From Lytechinus pictus (lineage: Eukaryota): a stretch of DNA of 64,000 nucleotides. The DNA lies in NCBI RefSeq assembly GCF_037042905.1, contig NC_087252.1, forward strand, positions 18,044,001 through 18,108,000, in the 5' to 3' direction. Under the pieces are notes generated by a model. The model had not been told where the DNA came from, searched no databases, and saw nothing but the letters and a program-made list of their open reading frames with translations. This document shows positions 1 to 12,519 of this stretch, piece by piece (the first letter of the stretch is position 1; every line of letters begins with the position of its first letter). The translations under genes were made by a program, and so were the position numbers.

Positions 1-1128
1 ATTTCAATCACCAGCACTTTTCTGAAATGCTAGTCTGTGATATTCTTTCTTCATTATTCATGACGAGATAGTGAATTGAAATTTATTCCATTCTCATGTA
101 TCCTTTCCTCCCAGTTCAATACTATTACAAATTGGTATTTATTTTAAGTGCACACATATGGCATCCATAAGGCTGCAATTTATCATGCTTACATGACATT
201 CCTCAATATTACATTTTTTTGTCTGTGGAGAAAAAAAAATTGGGGGTATCCTTTTACTGCAGATTTAAAATTATTTCTGCTTGGGAAATGAGTTTTCATC
301 TAGCAATCCATAACAATTTGGTATCTGTTGTTGCTATGTTAACAAATATTCCATCGACAGCGATTTCAGGGGAATCCCAGAAATTTTATACAACAAAAAA
401 TGAAAGGTTGTCTCGGCACATAGAAGTGTAAAATTGTTTGCTCTTGTATTAAAGATGTGTTTCATTAGGGAATTTTAGCAATCACTTTCCAGACACTTTC
501 TACAACACTGATAATCTTCGTCAAAAGCCCTTCATAGTAAAGCGGCCTTTGCCGGAAATCAGTGAATAATAACAGCAGTGTCGTCCTTGACTCTGGACAA
601 CGAACATGTTTCAAATTTTTGGTCTGGTCCAAATCTTAAAACGATGTGCTGTTCCGGTCCACCAACTTTCGACAATGACCTCTAATTTGTCCATTGTGAT
701 TTGACGGGCATTTTCAATAGACTCTCATAGTTCTAAAAAGCGTCTGCAAAGTGGATGCTAAAATATGCTCAAATCAGAATACCCCCTACGGCTATCAACT
801 GTAGAATCTGAAGACGAGAAAATAAGCAGACTCACATATTTTTTACCTTCATCTAGATCATACATTTATTTGATAATCGTTGATGCAATATACAATATTA
901 GCAGGACATAACATAAACACCTAAATTGATTTTTTTTTTACCTTCAAAGCAGAATTTAAACCTTAAGAGTTGATATATAATATACAAATTACTATGCACA
1001 TGTCATTGAAACAAAAATTAAAACCAACAAAACAATAAGAAAGTGATGAAATGCCTCATTTATTTCATTCTTCTATTTGAATTTCACTTATTCCATACCA
1101 ATATAGAAAAGCAAAGTTTTGATATATA

Positions 1129-1641
1129 TACTGCGTCCTAGAATCAAGGAAAACCTCTTTCAGGGATAAATATCCCTATTTTCAAATATGTTCAGGTTTC
1201 AAATTTAACACTTGAGAAAATCTCTTCTTTCATTCAAGAAAAAATTCTGAGGATCCCTTATGGTAGGTTACGACCAATATAAACAGGTCTGACAACAATG
1301 AATCTGTGCTTGAATCTCCATTCCCTCATTAACATAATCAGTGAAAAAAACAACTAAGAACCAAAGAAACGTTATTGAGCCATCCCTCTCTAACTTAGAA
1401 CCCCTGTATAATACATAAATATAAATATTGACCAATTTTCTGCACAACTTGATACTGAAATCGTAATTCCAAACTCTCCAAAACCCACTGATGCGTAAGC
1501 TGTGTGTCAAATAAGGTATCAAAATAATGAATAAACAATGAACTTGACGATATTATACAGACATTACTAGTATATCAAACCATTTGCTTGTGCTGAGAAA
1601 ACTACCAAAGAACTTTGTCTCCTTTTTTGTAGGACGCATTG
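1129..1641. mobile_element. Degenerate Tc1/mariner-like MITE
   Basis: Ends ctgcgtccta / taggacgcattg in TA context, resembling the termini of the 60165-60990 element. Confidence 0.5.
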
Positions 1642-1894
1642 TACATAAATAGGTTCATGTTTATTTCATAGTGGCCTTGTTTACTAATGGTTTTTTCCTG
1701 TGAACAATTCCAGATCCAAGAGTCTCTATGGGTGATTCAGCAATACATGTAGCTTATAGAACAAAAAGATTTTTGGAATGTGGCACTGAATAAAGAACAT
1801 GATCTATATTTTGTCTTACACTAACAAATACATTAAAAAGGAATAGGGGCCTATTTCGTAAAACTTGTTTAATAAAATTGCATTAACAGCTTAA

Positions 1895-2421
1895 AGGTCC
1901 TATGAAATACAGCAAAGATGTTGATTTATTCGTTAGCTTAGTGGTTACTAATAACGATTCCATCAAAATTTTACCCGAAAAACATCCCACATCGGATTCA
2001 AAGGCAGTTTTATATTAAAATTGAGCCAAATTCGCCACGCCCACAAAAAATTCAGCCCGATTTGGTTTCGTATATCACGTGACAATTATGACGTCAGGGA
2101 AAGAATCTGCTGATTGTTGCTGACGTTTGGTGCGTGAAGTGCCTATTGTGGTTGCACGTGTGGATTTACATGTGCAATAACTAGGGGTCCGGCTGCACAG
2201 CTGAGAAAGCTATCTTTCGATGACGTCACGATGATTGACAGGTCGATCGGCCGACTTTTCGAAAATTTTAGTGGGCGTTCCCGTTGAAGTTCATTTCCAT
2301 GGAATAACTCAACACCGGTTCGTTGTACACAGAAACCGATGGCAAATTCGTATTTTTCAAGTAAAACTACCCAAGAATAGATATATATCCAAAATAAGAT
2401 GGTTTTTGTGTCATAGGACCT
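1895..2421. mobile_element. Non-autonomous TIR element with TTAA TSD (Kolobok-like)
   Basis: ttaa|aggtcctatga ... tcataggacct|ttaa. Confidence 0.8.
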
Positions 2422-3084
2422 TTAAAGATAAATACCAGTTGTGGTAACGATATCAAAATGAGTTCGAACAGAATCCAATAAAATTACCACTAAAGTATCT
2501 TTATGTATAAATGAAATAAAATGTGCCAAATAGCTCTAGAAGAAAATGCATAACTGCCGAGAAATGAGCAAAATAAGAATCTTCAAACTCCATCATTTGA
2601 AACTACAAGAGTATTTCAATAAACCAGAATCACCTATGACTGTTATAAGCTTTTGAAACGCTCGCTTGAATGCCATTGGCTGAGAATGAATTTGTCAGTG
2701 AATAATACTGAAAAAGAAGAAGAAAGCAAAACTCCCCAATGTGGATACGATATATGGTATTCCAAAGCTTCAATGCCACTTAACATTGACATTTATCATT
2801 TTCTGTCAGAGAATAAAAAAACACATAAGTGCTAAAATCCAGCAACTAAATTAATAATTTGAACGATATACATCATGCCTATATACAAACTTGCAAGACA
2901 ACTCTTAAACTATTGTGGTACAATTACATAACAATTTCTTTTTTTTTCAATACATACATACTGTATTCAACATTGAAAGATACACACTTAAAATGTTTTA
3001 ATAATTTATATCAACATGCATTTTTTTTTTCAGAGCAAACCCAGATCCTGCAAGAGTTGAAATGTGTCAAAACATTGTATGGAG

Positions 3085-3301
3085 ATTGGTATTGGTGGTG
3101 GTGATTTTTTACCTGATTGCTAAGAAAGCATGAATGCTTGTAAGCAAGCAACCAGAGGACTGACGGCTTAAGGTCCTCTCCGAAGGACCTGGTACTGAGG
3201 ATTAATGCCTTACCAAAGGGCACTAGCGCACCAAGTGGGAATCGAACCGGGGTCACCGGAATACGAGTCCCCCGCTCTACCGACTGAGCTAACGCGCCTC
3301 C
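3085..3301 (-). mobile_element. tRNA-derived SINE
   Basis: Minus strand: A box TAGCTCAGTCGG, B box GGTTCGATTCC, about 130-nt non-tRNA body, caccac/accaat repeat tail. Confidence 0.8.
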
Positions 3302-4751
3302 TTTTTGTTCCAAAAATAATGACCTTAGGTCTGTACTAATAAGGGTTATATCTATGGCATACTGGTTCGCAATTACCAGTAGATGGGCAAGAGTAAAAAT
3401 GAAATGGACAGACGCACATTATCAGGCGTGTATCCAGCATCAGATCCTACAAAGCATTTCATGGGCCCAACTGTCTGGGGACAATAGTCTATGGGCCGGC
3501 CCATTGGACCCGTACATTTCTTTGTCATAGCTGATGCTGGAGTGTGGACACCTATTGATTAATACTGTACTACTAGTTTTCAATGCAAATTATAAAGGTT
3601 TTGCTGCTATTCAATTATAATGGTAGCTTTTATGCAACGTGGCCCAAAGACATCAAGCACCTCATATTATCACTGGATATAGTATCTTCTTTAAAATGAA
3701 TTTCCCTGAAACACTAAAATCATTTACAATGATTATTCATGCAATCAATTTTGTAAAGAAAAGGAATGTTTACAACTACAGCTACATACAATCTGTTCAC
3801 TTGATCTTGCAGAATTTGACAGCTACAATTCATTAAAAAATGTAGAATAAAAATATTCTGTTATCTTTTTAGAATACTCAATAGAGTTGTGTCAACTTCC
3901 TGCGTTGCAATCTTTTGATTGAATAGCAAGAACTTGAGGGGGGATAAGAATGTAAGCCATTCAGGAACAAGCATAGATACATTCATGTGTTGAAGCAATT
4001 TTGGGGAAACAATATTTTACATGAAACCTCAATGGTTTAATACATGAACAGGACAAAATATTGCAAAATACAACAAATAGGCAAATTGGTCCAATTTAGA
4101 AATTAAAATTTGTTAAAAATTTTAGGGTATACCATTCTTGATTTTCAAGATTTAACTTGCTGCAAAAGCAGAATATATACCTTTCTACTTGTATGTACAT
4201 GTACATGCAACAGGAAAATTACAAAATACAATGATGTTTCAGGCATAGAATTTATGATACAGCTACGTGGAATTATAGCCTTGAAAGGCCCATAGAAAAT
4301 TGTCATACTCATCTTCTGTCACAGTGTCATCTGAATGAGGGATCAACTGTACAATTCTTTTGCTTTCCGTTGTTATCCTGCTACGTTGCTTCTTATTTTG
4401 CAACTTCATTTTCACTAAACTTCCTTGTCTTTTCCTCCCTTTCCCACTTATACCTCTTCTTTTTTGTGTGTGTCCTATCATTTCTTCCTCCCCTTCTCTT
4501 CTTCCCCTCCTCTCTCCTTCTGTCTCCTCTCATTCTTCTCCCCTCCTATTCTCCTGCTCCTCCTCCCCCTCGAGCTGTTTTTCTCCTCTTCCTCCCCTTC
4601 TCCTCTCCCTTTCTCCTCCTCACCATCCCCTTCTCCAACAAATCAACCCACTACAAAAAAGCCAATTTTCTTCCCTCTATAATGTCAAATTTCAGACATT
4701 CTCTATCGAAACTAACTACGTTACTACTACATCATTCTTGATTGCTTCGCA

Positions 4752-6928
4752 TTATGGCTGTACAGGTAGGTTGGTTAAAGTCGAGGCCGCCTCCGCCGCG
4801 GCTGCTGCCTGCTGCTCCATGTTCTCCTTTTGGTGCATGACAATATGATCAGTGAGTCGGTGAGGAAGTGGAAAGGCCTTGCCACACTGCTTGCAGACGT
4901 AAGGCTTCTCACCAGTATGGATGCGCATATGAACATCTCGGCAATGCTTGTCCTTGAAAGCCCTGCCGCAGGATAGGCACACGAAGGGCCGGATACCCTT
5001 GTGTCGCCTTTCATGAATCTTGTGGTCTTTACCGGCCAAGAATCTCTTACCGCAAAAAGAGCAGACAAACTTCTTCTCCTTGTTGCTGTGGACGCGGAGT
5101 TTGTGTTTGGTCATTAGTTTACGGGTGCCGAAGCCACGTTCGCAGACATCGCACTTGTGAGGTTTCTCCCCGGTATGTTCCTTCTGATGATTGTCAAGAG
5201 CACTCTGAGAGGCAAAGGATTTGGTGCACAGGGTGCATTTGAATGGTCGGTTGTTGGTGTGCTTCTGCACGTGGACCAAGAGTTGACTTTCCATGTCAAA
5301 GCCTTTGGTGCAAAAGCTGCAGCTGAATTTGGCACCTCCTAGATGGACCTTGTACTCATGGCGTCTGAGACGATGGCGGTAGACAAACCTTCGAGGGCAA
5401 TGCTTGCACTTGAAAGGACGAGGGCGGTTATAGTAGTCCATAGGTTTCCCAAGCATGTCAATCTGCTCTCCCTTATCTTGTTCTTCTGCAAGGGGTGCTC
5501 CATTCTGTTCTTCATTCTGGTTAGCCTGGGATGTCTCTGCTCCCTGAGAACCACCTCTGGTCAAAGGCTCAATGCCATGATGCTGCCTCAGATGATCATG
5601 CAGGAAGCTGTACTTGATGAATGTCTTGCCACAGATGTAGCATCTTGTTGACCCGAGAACACTGCCCTGTGTGTCCTTTGAAGACCCACTAGTTCCTTGT
5701 GGCTGGGCTGCTGAATTCCTCCTTTTGGCTCCTCCCTTCTTCAAGTCACTGGGATGTGGCTCAATACCATGTGCTTCTTGAAGATGTGAATTAAAGGCTG
5801 TCGGTGTTGAGAAAGTCTCTGGACAAAGGTCACATTCAAAGTCTCCAGGCCTTTGTACGTTGGCACTACCTAACTTATCTTGAGGATCAGCAGGCCACCC
5901 ATGCTTCTCTTTCTGGTGCTTCATGAAGCTCTTCGGATTGACATATGTCTTGTTGCAATCTGTGCAAGAAAATGGTGGCGACAGCCTCATGTAGACAGGC
6001 TTCTCAGGGGTGGGTATACCATGTTTAGCACGTTTATGCCGCATGACAAATTGCTTCTGTGTATACATCAGCCCACAGATGTCACATCCATACGGAGCCT
6101 TATCATGATTCTTCATGTGGACGTTGAAAGAGTTTTCATTAGGGCAGTTGAACCCACATTTAGAGCATCTTAGCTTGTCACCACCTTTCGTCTTCAGAGA
6201 CATCAGAATTGGTTGTCCTTTTCCGCTGGTCGTACTATGCCTTTCCTTGAGGTGGACCAAGAGAGCAGTTTTTTGTTCATAGAGACATCCACACTCGGGA
6301 CACCCAAAGGGATACTGCTTGTGCCCATTGATATGGCTCTGATACTCCTTTGGGCCAGCACAGGTGTAGCCGCAGGTCTTGCAGAAGTTCCTGCCAGAAC
6401 CATTCCTCCGTACCCGCAGCTTGATTTTTAATCGGTCTTTAGAGGCTGTTCCATGATCTGTCCTCTTGTGGCCAGTCAAGCCCTGATGTGACATGAAGAC
6501 ACGTCCACATTCGTCACATCCGAAGGGTGCCTTCTTGTGACCAAGTACATGATTCTCTAGAGCTGCCTTGTCGGGGCAAATGAAGCCACATTTCTCACAA
6601 GTGAGGCAGTCTTCCATGTTGCCTGCCTCTCCGCCTGCATTTCCACCAATGCCCAATTTCTGATGGAAATTCTCATGTATGATCAGAGGTCCCTCACTTG
6701 GAAACCGCTTTCCAGATGACACTCCAATGACATCTTCCTCTCCTTCACCGATCAGCACATCCCTGTCATCTCTCTCTTCTGAAGAATCTCTATCCTCATT
6801 CATCTGTTGTACTTCAACATCAATTTCCGGTCGCTTGTCTTTGTGGTGGAAGAGCTTCATGTGTCGCAAGAGGCTCTTTGGGTTGCTGCAGTGGCACGGG
6901 CAGAAGATGCACTCGAAACCTTTGGATT
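4752..6928 (-). CDS. PRDM gene terminal exon (C2H2 zinc-finger array)
   Basis: Acceptor ttcttttgatacag|AATCC (AG at 6930-6929); open frame to TAA; multiple C2H2 fingers. Confidence 0.95.
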
Positions 6929-9900
6929 CTGTATCAAAAGAAAACAGAATATTAAGTGATGAAAGGCTAATATTATACCACAGGTTCAAAACATGGAAAA
7001 AGAAAATAAACCAAAAAAAAAGGTTCATCAGATTGCTGTGATGACATGTGAAAACCTCTGTTACAATGCAAGATAATTTACCTTTTTTGTAAGCTTTTCC
7101 TTGCAATGCCACAACCCTCACTTGACCTTGTTGAATATCAAAATCCAGCCAGGGTCTACTAGTATTACTATTAGTCAATAATGCACCTTCGGGGGGGGGG
7201 GGGGTGTTTTAACTGGACACGAGTGCTACCAAAGGGTTAATTAACCCTAGCCCTTGCACTAAATACAGTACATAATTGTACCTATAAGTACATGTATAAG
7301 TTCAATAACAAAGCAATCTAATCATCAATATACATGTAGCCAAAATATACCAGGATCTAGAGATGTAAATGGTGGAATCTAAACAAATGACTTTGGTAAA
7401 ATAGAAATGCTACACGAATCCAACCTCACCACAGATATTACATTGTTTTCAATGGCATACCATCTGTAGGTTTGGAGTCTGTTAATTCTATTTTGTTGGT
7501 GTGATAGTATACAATTGCAAATAGGCACAAGTGCGATGGTACAAGATTTCACATGAGACGACAGAAAGATGCCCACCTAAATGACGTGTAGCAGAGTTAA
7601 AGAGCATCTCTCTTTCACTGAATGCTAAATCTCAATTCCCATTGGACAAAATGAATTCCCTATTTGAGTTGTAAAATGCTTGCAGAGTTATTAATGAAAA
7701 TATGAATACATAGAAAATTGTTTTTCCCTCCAGTATTTTATGAAAATGAAGAAACCATGATTTACCTGCATTTACCTAGCGCAATGAATTGGATTATATT
7801 CTGACGTCACCCTACTGTTCAAAGGTACATTTTTTTAAACCACAAATGTGACGCACGCTCCCACACACGACATTTGAGGCTGAGGAAAATTACTCCATGA
7901 CACAATAAACAGTATATGGGGCCACACCAACAGGTAAAGTGCTCCATGTACGCACACCCAATAGAAAAAAGTGTCGAACTTTGTGCGCGCTTGACCTTTC
8001 GGAGTACTTTTATCCTTTCCAGTGGTCTCAAAAGAGCGCATGGAAGCTCTATCAACCTATTGATATCATTGATAAATTCAGAAAAGACTAATAAATCATA
8101 CCTTGATTGTATTTGAGGTCATGGAGGCCAATCTTGAACCCGCAGCTCTCCCTGTAGTCTGCACTATAGAACACTTTGAATTCCTCCCCGGGTTGCAGCT
8201 CCTTGATTGTCGTGAAGTAGATACGTCCGTTGTACTGGTCAGCCTCGGCGGTCAGCTCCCCGAGATGCTGGGCAGCTCTGACTTTGGTGGTCCAAGCCTT
8301 GTCACCCTTGACTGGACTCAGGAAACCGACCACTCTTCCCTCGAGGGTCATCTGAAGATAAAGGAAAGAGTCAAGTGTTTGTTTGTTTTTTGTTTTTTTT
8401 CAATTTCAACTTCCTTACACATACTATAAAAAAACAAGTGGAGCGCCTCTGGCAGTCTCACCAGCATCACGCGAGTCAATATAGCAGCACACATAACACT
8501 ACTATAACTTAAGACTTGTCAGTGATACTTCAGTTAAGATTTGGTGTTGACGACACCGCCGTCACCCTCGGAAAAGCGGCGCCTATAGTCTCACTCTGCT
8601 ATACAGGTGAGACAAAATCATGTACATTCCATGGGTACTCTGCAGAGTGGATTTGGCGCATAATAAATCCCATCTATCATCATTATCATTTATAACTTTG
8701 CTTATGTTGAATATTTTGGGACCAAAGAAATCTGTTCAAATTCCACTTCAGGTATAACCCACATGTTGCAGAATCTGGTCAAAAGATTGCTTTGACTAAG
8801 GTCATTATTCGGCTCCTGGAAGGTTGACTTATGTACATGTTGAGCATGAAAAAAGCTCAATCATTGAAGTAATGAAAAGAATACACAAATAAAAACAAAC
8901 TTTTTTTGACAGCAAAAACATGGCAACATTTTGTTCCACTTTAAAGGACAAGTCCACCCCAACAAAAACTTGATTCGAATAAAAACAGAAAAATCCAACA
9001 AGCATAATGCTGAAAATTTCATCAAAATCGGATGTAAAATAAGAAAGTTATGAAATTTTAAAGTTTTGCTTCATTTCACAAAACAGTTATATGCACATCT
9101 CGGTCGGTATGCAAATGAGGGAACTGATGACATCACTCACTCACTATTTCTTTTGTATTTTATTGTATGAAATATGAAATATTTTGATTTTCTCGTCATT
9201 GCCATGTGAAATGAAGTTTCATTCCTCCCTGAACACGTGGAATTCCATTATTTTAACATTTTGTGGTTCAGGCAAGGAGGTCCTAATTGTCAAATTTGTA
9301 AAAATTGAAATATTGTATAATTCAAACAATAAAAAACAAAAGAAATAGTGAGTGACATCATCGACTCTCTCATTTGGATGTAACTGACTCGTTCATATAA
9401 CCATTTTGTGAAAAATAACGAAAAATTTTAAAATGTCATAACTTTCTTATTTTACATCCGATTTTGATGAAATTATCAGCATTGTGCTTGTCTGATTTTT
9501 CTCTATAGATTCAAATCAACATTTTTCTGAGGTGGACTTGACCTTTAAATAAATTGCTCGTGAGGCACACCTAAAAAGGTCCCAAGACCTGCATGCAATG
9601 AAGCCTTGAATAGAAATGGATGGTGATAAATGGAAAAAACAAAGTTGGAGCATTGGTAGCCTAGATGAAAGTTAAGTAAAGAGAACAGTGCAGTCAGGAA
9701 GAGAGAAGGTGTATGAGGATGTGAAAGAAGTGGATCTATAGAGAGAAAAAAAAATAAAGAAAATACAGAACAAGAGCTGATCAAAAGAAGAAAGGGGAAG
9801 TGAGAAAAGAAAGGAGGTATAAAATCTACAAGAGAAACACATGTATTTGTCAATTCCTACCAAAGAGCTGCTAACCTGAACAAGAACATATCAGTATCTT

Positions 9901-11498
9901 AAAAGCTGAAAATCAGTATTCTGGTGAGGAAATAAGTATTTTTCAAAGAAGCACCATGAGATAACACTTTGGACATCAGTATTTTGCTTGAAACATCGGT
10001 ATTCTCATTTCTCAGTACTAATTACTGAAGATCAGTATTAGTTACCAGCTCTGTAACCATCACCTACCTCCCAAGATAAGATGTTATTGAAGTGGATGGG
10101 TCCCTTGCCAAAGGAACCCTTGAACGGACCGAAGCGCACCCCTGCAGGGATCTCCCTATCAGCCACCACGCAGATCGTCTTTGGGCCAAGCTTCCTATAG
10201 GCCAAACCCTCAGGTAGAGGACCACCCAACGGAGGCTCCTCCGGTTCTTCCCCTTCATTGCCGGTACCCTGCGACTCTACCGGTGCCTCGGGTTGCTCAG
10301 ATGCCACCAGGTTCTGCGGCGCTGACTGCTCTTCTGCAGGTGCTGCCTGTGGTTGGATGGTTGCGGTGCGTTGTGCAGCAGTGCCCATGGCTTGAGTTGG
10401 TTGGGTTCTGGGTCTATTTGGTGGTGACCTTGAAGTGTGGGGGTGTCCAGCACTGGTTTGTGTGTTGTATCCGATGGTGCTGTTGCCTGATAAAGCATTT
10501 TGCATCTGAAGGAGTGTCGTGTGGACATCTTGTTCTGAGTAAGAAAATCAATACATACAACCATTAATGACCTATTTATAAATTCTCATAAAGCTCTGAT
10601 GGCATTTCCATGATCCGACGATTTTTGTGCCTGAAAACTAACTCAATGCCATCTCTAATTTTGCAACTTTACCAGGCTACCAGCCAATATTTTCATCTTC
10701 TGCATTCATAAAATTATACTATTTTCAAGCTGTGATTGAAAATAACTCAAAGACAGGATATTAATTTTCGTACTGATAATCATACATGTACAAACAGTAA
10801 GGATACAATTCAAAATATTAGATTAGTATATTTCATTTAAATGCAAAAGAAGGACTGATATTATAAGCAATCTTGAAACTATGAACGCCCAAAACAGAGT
10901 AAATGAAATAGAGAATACATGTACAAGTGAGTCACACTTAGTAGACAATATAGGATAGTGTTTTATAGGACAATGAATAAAGTGATGAAAAGAAGAATGA
11001 TGATGATAATGATGATGATGATGGTGATGATGATAATGATGATGGTGATGATGATGATGAAGATGATAGTGATGATGATGAATGATGAAGATGATGATGG
11101 TGATGATGAAGAAGATGATGACTGATGATGATGATGATAAGACAAACTTTAAGATGAATACATGTAAATTAAAAAGCTCTCTGAGATATTACTCAAGACC
11201 AGGGCAAATGTCGCAGGAGCAAGTGTCGCGCCACCTCCAACCTACCTGATACGCTCACCATAGTCACAACATTTTCATTCCTGGCGACTTCCGCAACCTG
11301 AGAGCACTGATCGGGCCCACCACCGACCCCCCTGAATTCAGGAGGCAGCATACCACCGGGGTAGGGCATCTGGTGCGGGAGCAAGGACTGCTGGTACAAC
11401 ACATGCTGGGAGTGTGCGGTTGAAGGGTGCATGTACTCGGTGACAGGGTGATGATGCTGGCTAGGGTTGCCCGGCTGGTTCAAGTAGTTGTAGTCCAT
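4752..11498 (-). CDS. PRDM-family PR/SET-domain zinc-finger protein, ~1048 aa, 17 C2H2 fingers; coding exons 11498-11246, 10534-10068, 8351-8102, 6928-4752
   Basis: All junctions are GT-AG with compatible phases; exon lengths 253+467+250+2177=3147 nt = 1049 codons including TAA at 4754-4752. PR-domain motifs IPAGVRFGPFKG, SWE, QYNGRIYFTTIKELQPGEEFKVFY span two exons. 17 CxxC..H..H fingers counted in the last exon, with TGEKP linkers in the C-terminal array. Confidence 0.9.
8102..8351 (-). CDS. PRDM gene exon, C-terminal half of the PR/SET domain
   Basis: Acceptor cctttatcttcag|ATG, donor CAAG|gtatga; encodes MTLEGRVV...GRIYFTTIKELQPGEEFKVFYSADY. Confidence 0.9.
8428..8617. mobile_element. 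Short deletion derivative of the Helentron-like element at 13531-14515
   Basis: Same ends: aaacaagtgga..cctctggc.gtctcacc.gcatc and ggaaaagcggcgcctatagtctcactctgctat.caggtgagacaaaa. Confidence 0.8.
8945..9544. mobile_element. Kolobok-like MITE with long imperfect TIRs and TTAA TSD, in a PRDM intron
   Basis: ttaa|aggacaagtccacc ... ggtggacttgacct|ttaa; internal catcaaaatcggatgtaaaataagaaagttatga mirrored near 9436-9470. Confidence 0.85.
10068..10534 (-). CDS. PRDM gene exon, low-complexity linker plus N-terminal half of the PR domain
   Basis: Acceptor ttttcttactcag| (alternative ccttcag| gives start 10505), donor GAG|gtaggt; encodes LPEGL...RFGPFKG...ILSWE. Confidence 0.85.
10985..11140. repeat. 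(GAT)n imperfect microsatellite
   Basis: Direct inspection. Confidence 0.9.
11246..11498 (-). CDS. PRDM gene first coding exon (MDYNYLNQ..., Gln/His/Pro-rich)
   Basis: Acceptor ttttccaaaatag| gives exon start 11526; ATG in GCAATGG context at 11498; donors TCAG|gtaggt (11246) or ATG|gtgagc (11259). Confidence 0.7.
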
Positions 11499-11621
11499 TG
11501 CCTCCCCAACATGAAACCCCAGGAGGCTATTTTGGAAAACAACAAGAAAATGAAAAATCAATTAATTGCATGCTTTCAAAAGTCTTTATTTATTTTGTAT
11601 TTACTACAAATCTTTATCCAG

Positions 11622-11795
11622 GTGGCTGTTTCATAAAGCTGTTCGTAAGTTAAGAGCGACTTTAAGAACGACTGGTGATCCTTTCTTACGCGCTAAACCA
11701 TCGCCAATGAATATACCATTTACCATAGGAAAGGATCCCCATTCATTCTTAAAGTCGCTGTTAACTTACGAAGTTTACATGTATGAAACACCCAC
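11622..11795. mobile_element. Small palindromic MITE (Harbinger-like, possible CAG TSD)
   Basis: gtttcata..ttcgtaagttaagagcgactttaagaa / ttcttaaagtcgctgttaacttacgaa..tatgaaac inverted arms. Confidence 0.7.
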
Positions 11796-12519
11796 CAGAA
11801 TAGCAGGCTCAGTACAATACAAAAACACATTATATTCCAGAAATAAAAAAACAAAGGACAGGGTGGCTGGGTGGGTCCCATATATTTTCCACAATCCTAT
11901 TCCCGTTAGACCCAACATGGAAAAATTGAATCACATAATGAATTGATGCCTGCATGGCCATGGGTGGGTCATTTATTTTTTCAAGATGATGGACATGCAT
12001 ATATTTTTTAAATTCCTAAATTCAAATCATTAGGCCTTGGCCCTTGACACCATCATCACTAAACCAACCAACAAACCAACTTGGGCTGGTACCCAAAAAA
12101 AAAATGCACGATGGCGATGGTGGCCCCTGAAATCGCCACGGTAGTAACAAAAGACAAGGGCAAAAAAAAAACTACATACACTGAAAAATCGCCCCCGTCA
12201 TAAATTGATGTTCCCTGTTAAAAGTTTAAGTGAAATCTCTAATCTAGCAGAGGTGGGCTATACAGGGGTAAGAAAAGGGTGACGTTTCAAATTCCTATGG
12301 CACCAGCTTATTTGATGCAGTACAATTTTTATTGAAATCCGCCAAAAAATGAGGTGCTGCCCAAAAATCTGATCTGGGTGGGCGTGGGCTCAAATAAGCC
12401 AAATATGGGCGTGTCCGAGAACATATTAGTAATAACTTTAATGTGTGTTTAGTGTGTACATGTTCTTGTCACGTTTTTGTAGACAAGTAATGCAATGAAA
12501 CTAATAAAATAAATGCTGA

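Noticed and set aside
3227..3299. Possible tRNA gene (CGT anticodon-like loop) on the minus strand
   Set aside because: The T-stem does not pair (cccgg/cccac), and the sequence runs into a SINE body and repeat tail instead of a poly-T terminator.
4360..4741. Ser/Pro/Leu-rich plus-strand ORFs
   Set aside because: Translations of a CT-rich tract antisense to the PRDM 3' UTR.
6929..7178. N-terminal ~83 aa of the 808-aa ORF, including a hydrophobic LFFWFIFFF stretch
   Set aside because: Intronic read-through; a clean acceptor at 6930-6929 joins in phase to the PR-domain exon.
4752..11498. Assigning the symbol PRDM9
   Set aside because: No KRAB or SSXRD seen, fingers are not near-identical tandem repeats, and catalytic residues differ; orthology needs a phylogeny.
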